A stretch of DNA of 64,000 nt from Octopus vulgaris (GCA_951406725.2 OX597826.1:27032001-27096000); one strand, 5' to 3'. Counted from the first letter of the stretch, positions 46,486-60,875 are shown. The notes: generated by a model from the letters alone, not told the origin. Program-made: numbers and translations.

Positions 46486-47173
46486 AGCCATAACAACAAC
46501 AGTCCGGTTGATGAATTGGAAGTGGAAATATGTATGGTTCCATGTTCTATATCACACATGCATACAGCCTGTTGTTTACCTTGTTTGTCCCACCACCAAC
46601 ACCACCACAGCCACCACCGCCACCATCGCAGCCTGCCTTCTCACATCAAGGGCCACTACCGCCATCACAATCACAACAAGCACCACCTCTACCACCGCTG
46701 TTTCTGGGCCTGTTTATCATGAATTAGCAAATGAAGAATTACGTTGAGGTAGTAGTGTTGTGTTTCTTTTTTCTTAGACGATGAAGAGAAAGGAATGGTT
46801 CATCTTTGGATTTGGGTTTCGTTTCTCGTTAAATTCAAACAGGAAGGAAGTAACCTCCCTTGACCTTTCACACATCTTCTTTCGTGGAGGCGGGCAAAAA
46901 ACAAAAAAAAAATCAGAAAAGCAAACAAAGAGAAACAAAAACCAACAAAAACCGCGTGTATGCTTTTGTGTGTTTTGTAGGCGATGAATGGGAGTGGTCA
47001 GTGTCTGTCTATGCGTGTGTGCGTTTTTGTAGAAAATATGGAATTTATTGTGTGTGGTGTGTTAGTAATATGCGTGTGGTGTGTGTCTGGGAGCATTTGA
47101 TTTTGTCTTTATGGCTTGTGTGCATCTTTATGCGTATGATTGTGTGTATGTATGTATGCGTGTGTGCGTACAT

Positions 47174-47225
<52 letters not shown>

Positions 47226-48227
47226 ATGTGTGCGTACATGTTGTGATGGAACGGTACCAATTTCTCATTATATAACTTGGTCTGGCGTGCAACCAATCCA
47301 GTAAGGAAAATGTTCTAACAACTGTCCAGGACAATGACGGTGTTGGTGATAATGACAATGATATTGGTGATTATAATGGGGAATATGACGATGATGATAA
47401 TTCTGGTGATGATGATGATGATGAGTATGATGATGTTAGCGATGATGATGATAACGACGACGATAAGGACGTTTGACAATAGTATTCAATGGCTTGGCGT
47501 AAGATACTGACACTAGTTCAGCTTCGAAACAGTGCAAGTGTTACTTTGTCCCGATCTTTCAGAGACAACTTCAATTTAGGCTATCTCTGAGTGAGACTAG
47601 GCATCCTCCAAGTGAGTTCTTACGACATTTTCTCTGTTTAAAAGTCAGATCTAAACTAGCATCCAAGTACTGTAACCAGACTCTCTGTTTATCAACAGAA
47701 TACGACGCTGGTTGAGATGGACTCTCTCCGTCCCAAGATGGAAACCCCTTTCGTTCTGTTTCTCTTGATGCATAACCCCACCATCTACATATAGTCTTTC
47801 AGCATGGTTCTCGCTGTCTCGTTTACCGCAATGACCGGAAAAGTGAAGGTTTCACCATCTTCCTAGTACACACGGTTGTCCTGAACTCAGGAGAGTACTG
47901 TCAACATATGTGATCGACGCCTCTTCAATATGGCGGACACGTTAAGCATTGAACTATTGGAAATTCGTCTCTCCTGTGTCCCAAGAGAGCCATGTGTGCA
48001 CATGCTGACGAGGTATCCACTACCGTGTTGTACACTTTGGATATCTGTGTGGTCGGCATCAGAACTGTACCGTAAGGGTGCATGAGTACCAAGAGACCAG
48101 GACATATTGGTGAGCTTAATAAGACTAATGATGCCGGTGTCATTTGGTTTCTCAAGAGAAAGCGAAATTAAAATAAGGAAATATATATCTACAAAGAAAT
48201 ATATATCCATAAATACACACACACACC

Positions 48228-48274
<47 letters not shown>

Positions 48275-48289
48275 TACACATATAGAAAT

Positions 48290-48364
<75 letters not shown>

Positions 48365-48384
48365 TATATAAATACACACATCCA

Positions 48385-48450
<66 letters not shown>

Positions 48451-48954
48451 TAAGTGGCTTATCTCTGATTAGTTTTCCAGTCATACATCTGTTTAATTAT
48501 ATCTGTTCTACAGCTGTGCACCCATCACACTACCGTGTCATTCAAAAGTTTTATTTGTTTAGCGAAATGTAATTATTAAAGAATCAGAAAGTCGTATATT
48601 TACACCCTTTCCTCCCTCTCTCCATTAATCTATCCCTCAATCCATCCGTTCATCCATTTCCATACATACGCGCAAATATATACGCATGTATAAATAGTAA
48701 GGAAATAAAAGAATAAAGAATTATGTTCGTATGATATTTTATTCATTTACGCAAGTTTCAAATGGAATAGGCTTCCCACGAGGTACTCCGTTGTATCTAG
48801 TGGTTTAACTGAGCTTTTAATCAATCACTTTACGGAACGATTATTTTCTTAGCCATTCTTCTTAGTGTTCTGAATATGTGAATTTTACATTATTAAGGAA
48901 GGATTGGAAAATATTAGATTTGCAAACCTTAAAATTCCCTCCATAATTGCCCAC

Positions 48955-49045
48955 GGGCATATGACGTAGTGGTTAAGAGCGCGGGCTACTAACCCCAAGA
49001 ATCCGAGTTCGATACCAGGCAGTGATCCGAATAATAACAATAATA
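48955..49045 (+). mobile_element. Short tRNA-derived SINE or tRNA pseudogene with AAT tail
   Basis: GGGCATATGACGTAGTGGTTAAGAGCGCGGGCTACTAACCCCAAGAATCCGAGTTCGATACCAGG: A and B boxes are present but the acceptor stem is not formed. Confidence 0.65.
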
Positions 49046-49519
49046 ATTTATAAATAATAATAATTTATAAACTTATTTAATGGGTTCCAACGTGAAAAAT
49101 TAAAAAAAAAAACGATTTATTTCTAGTCTCTAGAAATTTCTGAAGTTTCTTGGCGTTACAAACATATTTGTGTAAACGAAGAACAGATTTTATTTCAAAC
49201 ATGTTATATTCAGGGGTTTTTTCTACAAAGTATTTTTCACGTTTCTTTCTTGGTCCTTTATCTTTTAGTTTTGAATAATACCATTGGTAAATCCATTAAT
49301 TTCTGTGTTTCTGACTTTCGAAATCTCATTTTAAAAGTAAACGATGGTAAGTGACCTGTAGTCCAGGCGTTCTGCATTAGGTTGCCAACGCTTAAGGGAA
49401 AAATTTGATAACTAATTTAATCATCAACGCCTATTTTAAAACTCTTGCAATAAAGCTTTGTATATTACAGGATATCATAAATTTTTTTTCATGTGCGCTA
49501 AAAAACTTTCAGAACGGAT

Positions 49520-49746
49520 TACAGTAATCCCTCGCCATATCACGGTTCACCTATCGCGGTTTATTATTAAGCTTACGTCGATTCCTCTGTGGTGTTGTTT
49601 TGAATTTATAATAAAATAAATATATACAAATTATAAAAATAATTTAAAAAAATATACAGAACAGTACTGTTTCTACTTCCTGGATTTTCACCGATCGCGG
49701 GTGGGGATTGGAACGTAACACCCGCGATAGTCGAGGGACTACTGTA
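49520..49746. mobile_element. pogo/Tigger-like MITE
   Basis: TA-flanked TIRs TACAGTAATCCCTCG / CGAGGGACTACTGTA. Confidence 0.8.
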
Positions 49747-50390
49747 TTACATTCATGTTTCATACTTGCTAATATGTTCTTTACACTAATGATTGTAAGT
49801 TCATTAACGTTGCGAAAACATTTACGGTGTCGTCATCTGAATGAAATTTGCGATTATGAAACGTCGAGGCCTAATATTCGTAAAAGGCAGCTTCATATGA
49901 TGACTGAATCGTCATCAGCCGATTTTAAATTGTAGAACATTAACTCCCGGTTACCTTCATAAACTGTTTTGTACATTTGTTATACGTGTATCTATGCTTC
50001 GATTTATGATTTTTGTTTCTCGGTATTTCTTCTAACCGTCTTTAATCATGGTTGAGTTATCAGCTAATGTTTCCTAGATTTGTTTTGTGTTTTGTATTAT
50101 AGTGTATTGCAATGGATTATTTACATGTGTGCGCGCGCGCGCGCGTGTGTGTAGGTTTGTTTGTGTGTGTATATTATATGTACTGTTTGAAAGATAGTTT
50201 GCCCAGTATAATGATTCTCATAATTTATCTGGCTTACTATCTACAATATACACTTCTTTTTGCTCCCCCTTAACTGTAACCACACCCTATTCAGTTATCT
50301 TTTTACTTCATCCGTATTTTTTACTAATTGATTGCTTCGTTTTAGAGCTATTTCCAGCTACTATTACCAGCTACCTTCTAGTTGCCTTCT

Positions 50391-50541
50391 ACATGAATTT
50401 ACCTGATGAAAACTTTCGGTGTCTAGCGATTGTGTCGACTAGCATTCGTAGAATATCTAATATTTCAGCGGAAAGAGTAATGTTCAAAAGAGTTGTGAAC
50501 TATGAAGACGAAACATTAGTAAAGACTGTCTTTGGTGAGAA
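50391..50541 (+). repeat. 150-bp segment duplicated in inverted orientation at 52902-53053
   Basis: Base-by-base reading shows only one substitution and one 1-nt indel between the copies. Confidence 0.9.
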
Positions 50542-51175
50542 GTTAAGGTAAATGGGGTAACCCTGACTCGAGCCCGAAGAAAAATAGGAAGAGAATGATG
50601 ATCTGGTTCAGTCCGCCATTAATAAGTAATGATGTCCACAAACATACCTAGATCCTTCTTGTCCTTAAGTAGAAAGCACATCCCACTCACCTCAACTTGT
50701 TTAATGTATATGATGCTAAATGCTGCTCTTAGATCATTTAATTTCAACACCACATACTACAATATAAAAAAGCTCCACCTCATACCTGGAACTGACAAAA
50801 TCTTGTCACTTTCTTATTGGGCAGTCCTGAGTCTCAATCGTTGTGAGCTGTAGAACGATCTCAACACAATCCACTGCCTCCATTAGATACAACATGACCC
50901 TAACAAGCACGGATTTTAGGGAAGATCCAACGATTAAATGTACTTCTTCAGGCCTATGGAGATGGAAAATTACACTTCTCAGCTCTGCTTCATCTGGACA
51001 TTTCAGGACAGAAAACATTTCTCCAATGCCTCATGGTAATGCCTTAACATGACTTCTGCGTACTCACGTTCAAATTCAAAATCTTTAACACTGTCTCCCT
51101 AACAGACTACATATACTGCGACAGCATATAATAGCCATCAATTGAGAATATATTTGCAATACTACTGCACCATTT

Positions 51176-51767
51176 TACGAGGTCTGATAAAAAGAAAATG
51201 TATCGGGTCTGGTGCTATATAAAAAAAACTTATATATATATATATCAACTCGATATTTAATCTCCCCCGAAGTTGTCCCCTTCTGAAGCAACTCACTTTA
51301 TTCAGCGTCGTTTCCGTTTCCATGGATGGACACATTCCTTGAACTCCTTCCTATTTTTCGGATAGTGACCAGCTGCCTCGTCGCATTTTGAGGGATTTCT
51401 TCAACGTCTTGCAATCTTGTTCATTTCAAGTGAGATTTTATTCTACGAAAGATTATTGGCTGAATTAACCTACAAACAGTGTCTGTTTCCGTGTAGGCAC
51501 GCGTGCACCCCTACCCCACCCCAACATACAGCCCCCCCCATACACACACACACACTAATTTTCACTGCCGTGATCACTGATGGAACCTCTGTGGAACCTC
51601 TACACAATTTACTTACAAGCAATTCTTTAAACAACGGAAGTGAGCAAGAACGGAAGTGTGTATGCGCGAAAAAATCCAGGGTCAATCTGTGCCAGGCGGC
51701 TTCACTCTGCGTACTTTAGTTCCGTTACCATAGTAACAATACCGATACTTTTTGGTCAAAACTCGTA
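51176..51767 (-). mobile_element. Non-autonomous mariner element
   Basis: TIRs TACGAGGTCTGATAAAAAG..GTATCGG and (reverse complement) TACGAGTTTTGACCAAAAAGTATCGG; C-terminal remnant EFKEC..WKR..VASEGDNF. Confidence 0.75.
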
Positions 51768-52489
51768 TTAATTCCAAGCAACTGACTACTGACGTCTTGG
51801 AAAGACGTCTTTATTTTAAGAAAGATGGAATATCGGATCACATCAGGCATTATGTCCTTTAATTTTTATATTTGTATCGCATTACGTAATGGATGTTTTG
51901 GCTTTGGCAGCTATTTCAAGCTGGTCCGATGACCATTTAGAGATACCGAAATTTAATCGCAAACAAAGAAATAAAATTTTTAAGAGATAAATTTTGTTTC
52001 GCGCTGTCGTTATCGGCCCCTACGAGTCTGGTTTTATCAAAAGAAGGGTTTCTCTTCGAGAAGAAATCGGGAGTGTGTCCATTATGTCAAACAGCCATTC
52101 ACCTGCCTAGTACTTCAGAGTGATTATTTACCTTTGTTACAGGTTAAATATTAAAACGTACACGAACATTTTGAAAATCTTTGAAATATGACGGATAGAT
52201 TAATATGATGAACTGTGAGACATAATCGATATTATGAAAACCTGTGTTTATGTTGGGATACCGTAACATCAACAACAACAACAATAATAATAATAATAAT
52301 CATAATAATAATAATAATAATGATTATCCTTCATACGAAAGGCACAACTCGGTTTATAAAGACGGACAAAATGCCTACCAGCGTGTTGTTCGGCATGCTA
52401 AAGAGTCTGCAGCTTGCCGCCTTAGTAATAACAGTTTCAAATTTTGGAACAAAGGTTGGAGGGGAAGTCGATTACAAAAGGGACGTAAT

Positions 52490-53190
52490 CTTTTCTACTA
52501 TAGGTACAATACAGGAAGTTTTGTAGTAGGAGCTAGTCGTTTATATCGACACCAGTACTCAGGTGGTATTTATTTTAACAACCCTGAAAAGATCAAAGGC
52601 AGAATCGACCTAGGTGGAGCTTGAACTCGGAACGTAAACACCTATGAAATGATACAAAGCATTTTGTCCAACATGCTAACGTTTCTTTCCTACTCTAGGC
52701 ACAAGGCCTGAAATTTAGGGGGAGGGGACCAGTCGATTAGATAGACACCAGTACGCAACTGGTACTTAATTCATTGAAAGGATGAACGGCAAAGTCGACC
52801 TCGGCAGAATTTGAACTCAGAACGTAAAGTCAAACGAAATGCCGCTAAGCATTTTACCCGGCGTGCTAACGTTTCTGCCATTTCCCCATCTTAATAATCC
52901 TTTCTCACCAAAGACAGTCTTTACTAATGCTTCGTCTTCATAGTTCACAACTCTTTTGAACATTACTCTTTCCGCTGAAATATTAGATATTCTACGAATG
53001 CTTAGTCGACACAATCGCTAGACACCGAAAGTTTTCATCAGGTAAATTCATGTTTATTAAAATAGACACATGGTCTGAAATGTTGTACGGTGGGGAGCAG
53101 TCGATCACGCTGACTCCAGTTTTTAACTGGTACTTCATTTATCGACGCCGAGAGGATGAAAAGCAAAGTCGACCCGGGCGGAAATTGAAA
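52490..53190 (-). mobile_element. Cluster of three SINE family B copies, interrupted by the inverted 150-bp duplicate
   Basis: Repeated AAAGTCGACC..GGC.GAATTTGAACTC.GAACGTAAA motifs. Confidence 0.8.
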
Positions 53191-53403
53191 TCAATCGACT
53201 TCTTTAGTAATAATAATGAGTGAATGCATATAATTCTGCTGACCAGGGAGAAGTTGCTCCGAACCGCATTTCTTATTTTCTTTAAGATTCACGGATATGA
53301 GTCGTAAGTCAAATGAAATTACTCAACCTTAAATCGAAACTGAAACGGATCGCCTGCAGTCGTCCACCCACTTTACGTTCCCAAAAGCACTAGTGTGTAT
53401 ATA

Positions 53404-53437
<34 letters not shown>

Positions 53438-53670
53438 CGAGTCAGAGAGAGAGAGAGACACACACACATACACACACACATACACACACACATACACACA
53501 CACACAAACACATACACAGACACAAACACACACACATACACACACACACAAACACATACACAGACACAAACACACACACATATTAATCATATATATGCAG
53601 TTTTGTATACATGTGCAAATATCTACATATAAATATGCATTTATCTATCTATCTATCTATCTATCTATCC

Positions 53671-53710
<40 letters not shown>

Positions 53711-53846
53711 GTCTATCTATCCATCCATCCATCCATCTATCTCTCTATCTATTTATCTAATTATCTATATATCTGACTATCTAACTATCTATCTATCTAG
53801 TTATCTATCTATATATATGTGCACACACACACATACACACACACAC

Positions 53847-53881
<35 letters not shown>

Positions 53882-53916
53882 TATATATGTATGTATGTGT
53901 GTGTATGTGTGTGTCA

Positions 53917-53951
<35 letters not shown>

Positions 53952-54122
53952 TAGTCCAATGTATGTGCGTGCGTGGGTGTGTGCCTGTGTATTCATATAT
54001 GCATGCGTACCGACCGGATGCACGAAAACTACAGGACACTTTAAGACAGAGATTCGTTTTGTATTCAACATCGTTATTCTTTCAACAAACTGCGTCCATA
54101 ATTTATTTCTATCCGCATACAC

Positions 54123-54207
<85 letters not shown>

Positions 54208-55583
54208 GATATTCATATATATATATATATTTCTCTCTCTTTCTCTTTCTCTCATCTCTATATCATATAATATATTTTTTTATGTCATGTCTTTACTCTT
54301 CCCTGCATATGCTTATGTTTGTTTGTTTGTTTTTTTTCTCTCTTTTTATTTCGTTGCTGTCCGACATCTTATTATTTTTTTGTATTTTTGTTTTGTGTAT
54401 ATATCTGTGTGTCTTTTGTTTCTTTCTCTTGTTCTAGTTTGTGCCGTTGAATAGCTGTGAAAGCCAAACGATATTGACTGTTACGGCACAGATGTGAATG
54501 ACACTTTGTCTGAAGAGGAATAATTTGGGGTTCTGAGAATAATAATAATTAAAGAATAAGAAGCATCGCTACCAAAATGAGATGCCTTTCGTTTTGGCAG
54601 TAAACAGAAAATCTGGACATGTTTGTGCATGCGCGTATGCACATGTGTGCTCATATGTATTTATGTATACGTGTGCGTGTATTCGTGTTATGATGATAGA
54701 GGCGTTGGTGGTGGTGATGTTGGTGGATGGAGGATGGATGGGAGATGGATGGGGGTTTGGATGTACCAAATGTAGGAAATAAATAAATAAATATACAAAT
54801 AATTTTAGGATGTAAAGGGAAAGTAAAAAATAGGAAAACGTAAAATAAAACAAAAAAAATAATACAAAACTAATGTAAACGACGCCATGAAAAACGAGGG
54901 AAAGGACGAAGGAAAATAAATGGAAAATATGATGAAGCATATATGTAGAGAGAGAAAGAAAGAGAGAGAGGGAGAGGGAGAAAGAGAGAGAAGAGAGAGG
55001 GATTGGATGAGAGTGGAATGAAGGATAAATATGAGGAAAAGATGTAATAAATGTATGGAAGAACAATGCTGAAAAAATAAAATAACAGGTGGTGAGTATG
55101 GGAGGAAGAGAAATGAGAAAGACAAAGAAAACGATTGCAAGAGAGATTGATAAGAAGTGAAGGGTGTAGAGTTGTGAAGGAGAACGACAGAGGAGAAGAA
55201 ATAAAGGAATCAGGATTGGGTGAAGAAAGAATGATGAAAAAAAAAAAGGCCAGAAAAATGAAGTGAAAAAAAGAAAGAAAAGGACCGAAAAAATTCAAAG
55301 CAAATCTGGAATAAAAGAAAGGCAGACATGACATATATAATTATTTAGTCATTTAGTTTGTACTTGTCAGTGTTGCTACGGCCATGATGGAGCATTGAGA
55401 AAAAAAAACGAAACATGGCGCAGGCATGGTTCTGCAGTTAAGAAGCTCGCTTTGCAACTGCATCATTTCTGGTTTATTTTCACTGCATGGCGCAGCAATG
55501 CATGGCACAAGGCATTAGTCAGTCCAAGGCTTGACTAATGCCCTGTGAGTGAATTTACATCTATCACGTTCAATTAATAAACT

Positions 55584-55618
<35 letters not shown>

Positions 55619-55810
55619 CATCTCTTATTTCCTACTCTCATACACATTATCTTCATCTGTAAGTGTAGGCTTCGGCGGACACCTGCGCACGTGGGTGTTA
55701 TAACTTCTAGTGCCAAACAGTACTGCCGCCAAGACAGTTTTTCCGTCCAGTCAGCCGCACTCAGCTCTCTCATTCGGGAAGATTAGAGCGCCTTCATGCC
55801 AATCAAGTGG

Positions 55811-56040
55811 ATGTGCGAGGCTTGGTGGTTAGAGTGTTGGACCCTTGAGCGTAACATTGTGGTTTCGATCCCCCGACGAGGCGATGCATTGTGTTTTTGA
55901 GCGAACACTTCATTTCACCGTGCTCCAGTTAACTCGGCTGCCAAAAGCCGGTAATTCTGCAGCGGATCGGTGTTCCGTCCAGGGAGAACATACATTGCCA
56001 CAAAAACCAGAAAACAGGCGACCCTATGAGCCTATATGAC
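55811..56040 (+). mobile_element. Decayed tRNA-derived SINE (family C-like)
   Basis: GGCTTGGTGGTTAGAGTG...GGTTTCGATCCCC...TTGAGCGAACACTTCATTTCACCGTGCTCCAG. Confidence 0.65.
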
Positions 56041-57101
56041 TGGAGAATGATCTTTATCCTATCCTTAATCAAGTGAGTGATGCTTCTGTCGATTTGATCT
56101 AAGATGGTTACTTTCGCAGGAAATAAACATCGTACCATTTGTGGGATCAGTTCTGCATTTTCTACCTCATCTGAGCCTTATATATTTAAGAGTTATTGCT
56201 GTATATCTCAAGGTTTATCTTACAATGAAGACAAAAAACCGCTTCTCGTGATACGTTTTCGATTTCATTAAATATCCGTGTTCACCAGTGGTGACTCTCA
56301 ATTAGTGTGCGGCCTACATGTTTTAGTGACCTTCAGTGTTGCATTTCTCTGGGGATCATATTTAATGGGGGATACTACTATTTTAATAATATATATAGTA
56401 ATTGTGTATTTGTGTTTTTGAAAGAGACGACATTGACCTTACCCTTTGGGGGTGATTGCGAGGTCTGAATTCAGAGCTCATATTCATCATAATATTTCTA
56501 CGCTGCGCATCGATGAGATTTGAGCGTGATTGCATAATGAGAAAAAACGGGTTTTTGTAATCTGGATCGAAGTAGGAATAAAAGTAAATGGTTCACTGAA
56601 CCATGTTTAAATAATATGTCAAGTATCCTCTAATCGAACCGTTGTAAGATAGATGGCAACCAGAGCCAGGCAATTTCACATGATTTCCTTGTCAGATGCA
56701 GTCGGAATCTATGCAGATGTCGAAGACAAATGAGGCAAATTTCTGGTGAGCGAGATTCCTTTGTTCAGTTAAGGGATGAGAGTACCTGTAGGCCTAACTT
56801 TAGGAAAATCGTGTGTCATCATTATGACAGGGGAGAGAGAGAGGGTGGGTGGGAGAGAGACAGACAAAGAAAGAGAAAGTGAGAGAGAATGTTAGTGGTA
56901 AAATGCAGCCATATTTGATTTTCGACGAAGTCAAAATATGTGAAGTGGGGTGATGGATGGTCAAGACGAAGGTGTTCCTCTTCTTGAGAAGACGAATCTA
57001 TGATGTAACCAAATACAAGGGTATATAGCTAGAAAGAGAGAAAGAGGACAGAGACAGACAGACAAATAGTTGTGGCACAGAGGGAAAAGGAATTAAGATT
57101 G

Positions 57102-57141
<40 letters not shown>

Positions 57142-57444
57142 GGGGAGAGATGGGGCATATTGCGAAATAGAGTAAGATAGATCGTAAGGAATGGAATAGA
57201 TAAATAAGGAGAGAGAGAGTGAGATTAAAGATTTTACTAATGATAGGGACTAGCTGTCAGACCCAGCTATTTACAGGAAGGAGAGACGGAATCTAAAGGG
57301 AATTTTTCAAGCTTAGTGACCATGGTTTCAAGAGCTGAGAGAAGTTAAAGTATATATGTGTGTGTGTGTGTGTGTGTGTGGATAGATGAATGCATATATG
57401 TATGTGTACATGTGTGAATGTATATATATATATATATATATATA

Positions 57445-57965
57445 TAAATTAATAATAAATATTAGGGAATAAATCCAAACTTACAGGGCAAAATCAGATT
57501 TAGGATTGAATCCAATTTTATAGTAACATATTATATTATATTAAATTAGAGATAAAACCACTATTACGCAAGTCATACAATGAAAAACTTAAGCCAATAC
57601 ATAAGATTATTTAATTTACATTATTTAAATATATAACAAAATTATTAAAAAATATAATTAATATAACACTACGATCGTTTCATGGCTGTTAATTTCTTTA
57701 AATTTTCGAGTTACAGTCATTCATCAGGTGGTTTAAATATTTAACTTGATTAAACCTCGCCAAGTTAAATATTTAAACCACCTGATGAATGACTGTAACT
57801 CGAAAATTTAAAGAAATTAACAGCCATGAAACGATCGTAGTGTTATATTAATTATATTTTTTTAATAATTTTGTTATATATTTAAATAATATAAATTAAA
57901 TAATCTTATGTATTGGCTTAAGTTTTTCATTGTATGATTTGCCTAATAGTGGTTTTATCTCTAAC

Positions 57966-57973
<8 letters not shown>
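57445..57973. repeat. Large palindromic element in (TA)n (arms 57537-57748 / 57761-57973, 12-nt loop) with a hammerhead on both strands
   Basis: About 212-bp near-perfect inverted arms plus a one-sided extension at 57445-57536. Confidence 0.92.
57779..57842 (+). ncRNA. Type I hammerhead ribozyme, canonical core
   Basis: cac CTGATGA atgactgt-(23 nt)-acagccat GAAA cgatcg TA gtg; identical copy on the minus strand at 57667-57730. Confidence 0.8.
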
Positions 57974-58014
<41 letters not shown>

Positions 58015-58294
58015 ATGTATATATGTATTTGTTTATATTTATGCATACATGTAGATAAATATATACATAAATATATATGTATATGCCCATGTATGTGTAA
58101 GTATATATATACATATCTATACTCACATACACACGCACACACATATTCATGAGAGACTGAAGCAAGACATGCACTTATTTAAAAAAATAAAAGAAATATA
58201 ATTTAACCTTATAAGATGTTAGCAATAAGATTACAAATTCAAATTACATATATATGTGTGTGTACATATGCATATATATATGTGTGTGTATGTA

Positions 58295-58337
<43 letters not shown>

Positions 58338-58420
58338 ATGCAAGTATATATATTATATATGTGTATATATATTTATATATATACGTATGCATACATGTGT
58401 ATAAACACATGTATGTCTAT

Positions 58421-58515
<95 letters not shown>

Positions 58516-58516
58516 C

Positions 58517-58592
<76 letters not shown>

Positions 58593-59640
58593 ATATATAT
58601 AGACTGTTTGCTAGATAAATAGATACATAGATTGATAAATATAGATAGATAGAAAGAGAGAAAGAAAGAAAGAAAAAAAGAAAGAAAGAAAGAAAGAAAG
58701 AAAGAATGAAAGAGAGTGATGCATCATATAATGTGTGCTCGCTATGAAATGGATAGAAAAGTAATACATTATGCAACAGATATATAATGAAATATAATGT
58801 AAAATGAGAGACAGCGGCACACGGAAAATATAGAAATAATTAACCGTATGGATTGTTATATATCTATATACAATTTATAAATATTAAGCATATCCTTAGG
58901 GTTTTTGCGATTTACTCAGAAATTTATAAACCACCACATTTATATATTCATAATTACGTGTGTGTGTGTGTGTAAATATCTGATCGAAGTTCAAAATCCT
59001 CACAGGTTCTTACTTAGAGTTTCACGTAAGCGATCATCAATATGGTATAATTGAATGTTTGTGGAATATAATGATTCCTAAATGCTTATGAAAGGGTTGA
59101 TAACGATGCCGTTAGTTTATGAAAGGGGACGTATTGAGACAAATTCGGTGCGGGAGTTGTAAGTGCATCGCAAATTCTTTTTAGAATCAAAGTGGTCAAC
59201 TGCATGCTGCCTTTCCTCTCCTTGTATCCCAAGTTCAAGTTCGTGGATTATCTAAATTCTACGAACGTCAGACGTACTGCATTATTCCTGTATATTTCGT
59301 TCTTTTACTGAGTGGCAATTTTAAATTCTTATGATATTTCCGAACATTACTTCATCTTTCGTTGATTTTAGTGGGTCTCTCTCTGTGCCAGAAGTTTGCC
59401 AAGATCTCCGATTTGAGTTCATCTTCCTTCCTACAGTCTTCAGAAAAATTATGAACCATGGTACTGACGCTAGATTTTTCTCAGCTTGTTCTTGGCGAAA
59501 CAGTAAAAAGTTTACTCCATACACCAACCGTGTGTAAGAGTAAAAGTTACCAACAGTATTCCGATTACTTTTCAATAAAAAGAAAACATATTCCTGGATG
59601 GCATCTCATTTCATAGGAATCTGCTTTCTTAGGTATTACC

Positions 59641-59681
<41 letters not shown>

Positions 59682-59686
59682 TATAT

Positions 59687-59980
59687 CACGTGATCACGTG
59701 ACCGACCAGACCATCAGATGTTGCTACACATCGCTGGTCACATTGTTTTAGCCTTCGAATGATGCCACCCCGATGGCTAAGGGAACAGGCCAACAGACGA
59801 AAGAGTGAGAGAAAGAGTGGTGAAAGAGTACAGCAGGGATCACCACCCCCTGCCGGAGCCTCGAGGAACTTTTAGGTGTTTTCGCTCAATAAACACTCAC
59901 AACGCCCGACCTGGGAATCGAAACCACGATCCTACGACCGCGAATCCGCTGCCCTAACCACAGGGCCATTGCGCCTCCAC
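59687..59980 (-). mobile_element. tRNA-derived SINE family D
   Basis: Reverse complement: GTGGAGGCGCAATGGCCCTGTGGTTAGGGCAGCGG...GGTTTCGATTCCCAGG; 3' tail with a TCACGTGA repeat. Confidence 0.8.
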
Positions 59981-59987
59981 TTTTTTA

Positions 59988-60075
59988 CGTTTGCTGCACC
60001 TAGGTTTCGCAATAGGTCACCCATCTAAGTACTAACTAGGCTCGACGGTGCTTTCAACGTGATAGGACCGTAAGT
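59988..60075 (-). pseudogene. 5S rRNA pseudogene with internal deletion
   Basis: Reverse complement ACTTACGGTCCTATCACGTTGAAAGCACCG|TCGAGCCTAGTTAGTACTTAGATGGGTGACCTATTGCGAAACCTAGGTGC matches the 5' and 3' parts of metazoan 5S rRNA, with the middle missing. Confidence 0.78.
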
Positions 60076-60620
60076 AAATATAATATGTGACAATTATTCG
60101 GTAGCCATGACAAAAGCGGTAGCATTTTTTGCGATGGCCCGATAAGTGAAGAGATGCCGGCGCGTGTTTCCGCCCCGATATCCAAAACTCAGAGTTTTAT
60201 CATGGCTACCGAATAATTGCCACATTATATTTACAGATAAATTACTCTATTTACATAATATCGAGTTCTCTTTTATTCTTTTGTTGTCTTGCGATTTCTA
60301 TCAATATATATATATTAGACGCTGCTACCTTAATTTAGGACGAAATAATAAAACACATTTCTGAAAGCTAGATAAAGATTAGCAAGCTGTATTCGGGATG
60401 TAGAATAAAAGTAAATATGTTTTTAGTAAAGGCACAAGACCAATATATTTCTTAGGAGTGAAGTTGGTGATGGAGGAAATCAATGCTATAGATCCCAGCA
60501 ATCACTTGATGAATATTATATTTTATCGACCTCCAACGGATGAGAGACTAGTATTTCACCAAGTATTTTACCACGACCAAATTTGAACTCAGAAAGGTAA
60601 TTGCTGGAGTGAATACCTTA

Positions 60621-60793
60621 GGCGCAGGAGTGGCTACGTGGTAAGTACCTTGCTTACCAACCACATGGTTCCGGATACAGTCCCACTGCGTGGCACTTGG
60701 GCAAGTGTCTTCTACTTTAGGCTCGGGCCGACCAAAGCCTTTCAAGTGGATTAGGTAGACGGAAACTGAAAAAAGCACGTCGTATATATATAT

Positions 60794-60875
<82 letters not shown>

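Noticed and set aside
48955-49030. Functional tRNA gene
   Set aside because: The acceptor stem does not pair and it runs into an AAT tail; a SINE or pseudogene is more likely.
50402-50430. CTGATGA in the inverted duplicate (also at 13187)
   Set aside because: No helix II followed by GAAA and no helix I; a chance heptamer.
50620-51050. Possible decayed ORF (LINE ORF1-like?) on the minus strand; similar island at 47600-48150
   Set aside because: No diagnostic motif could be recognised with confidence.
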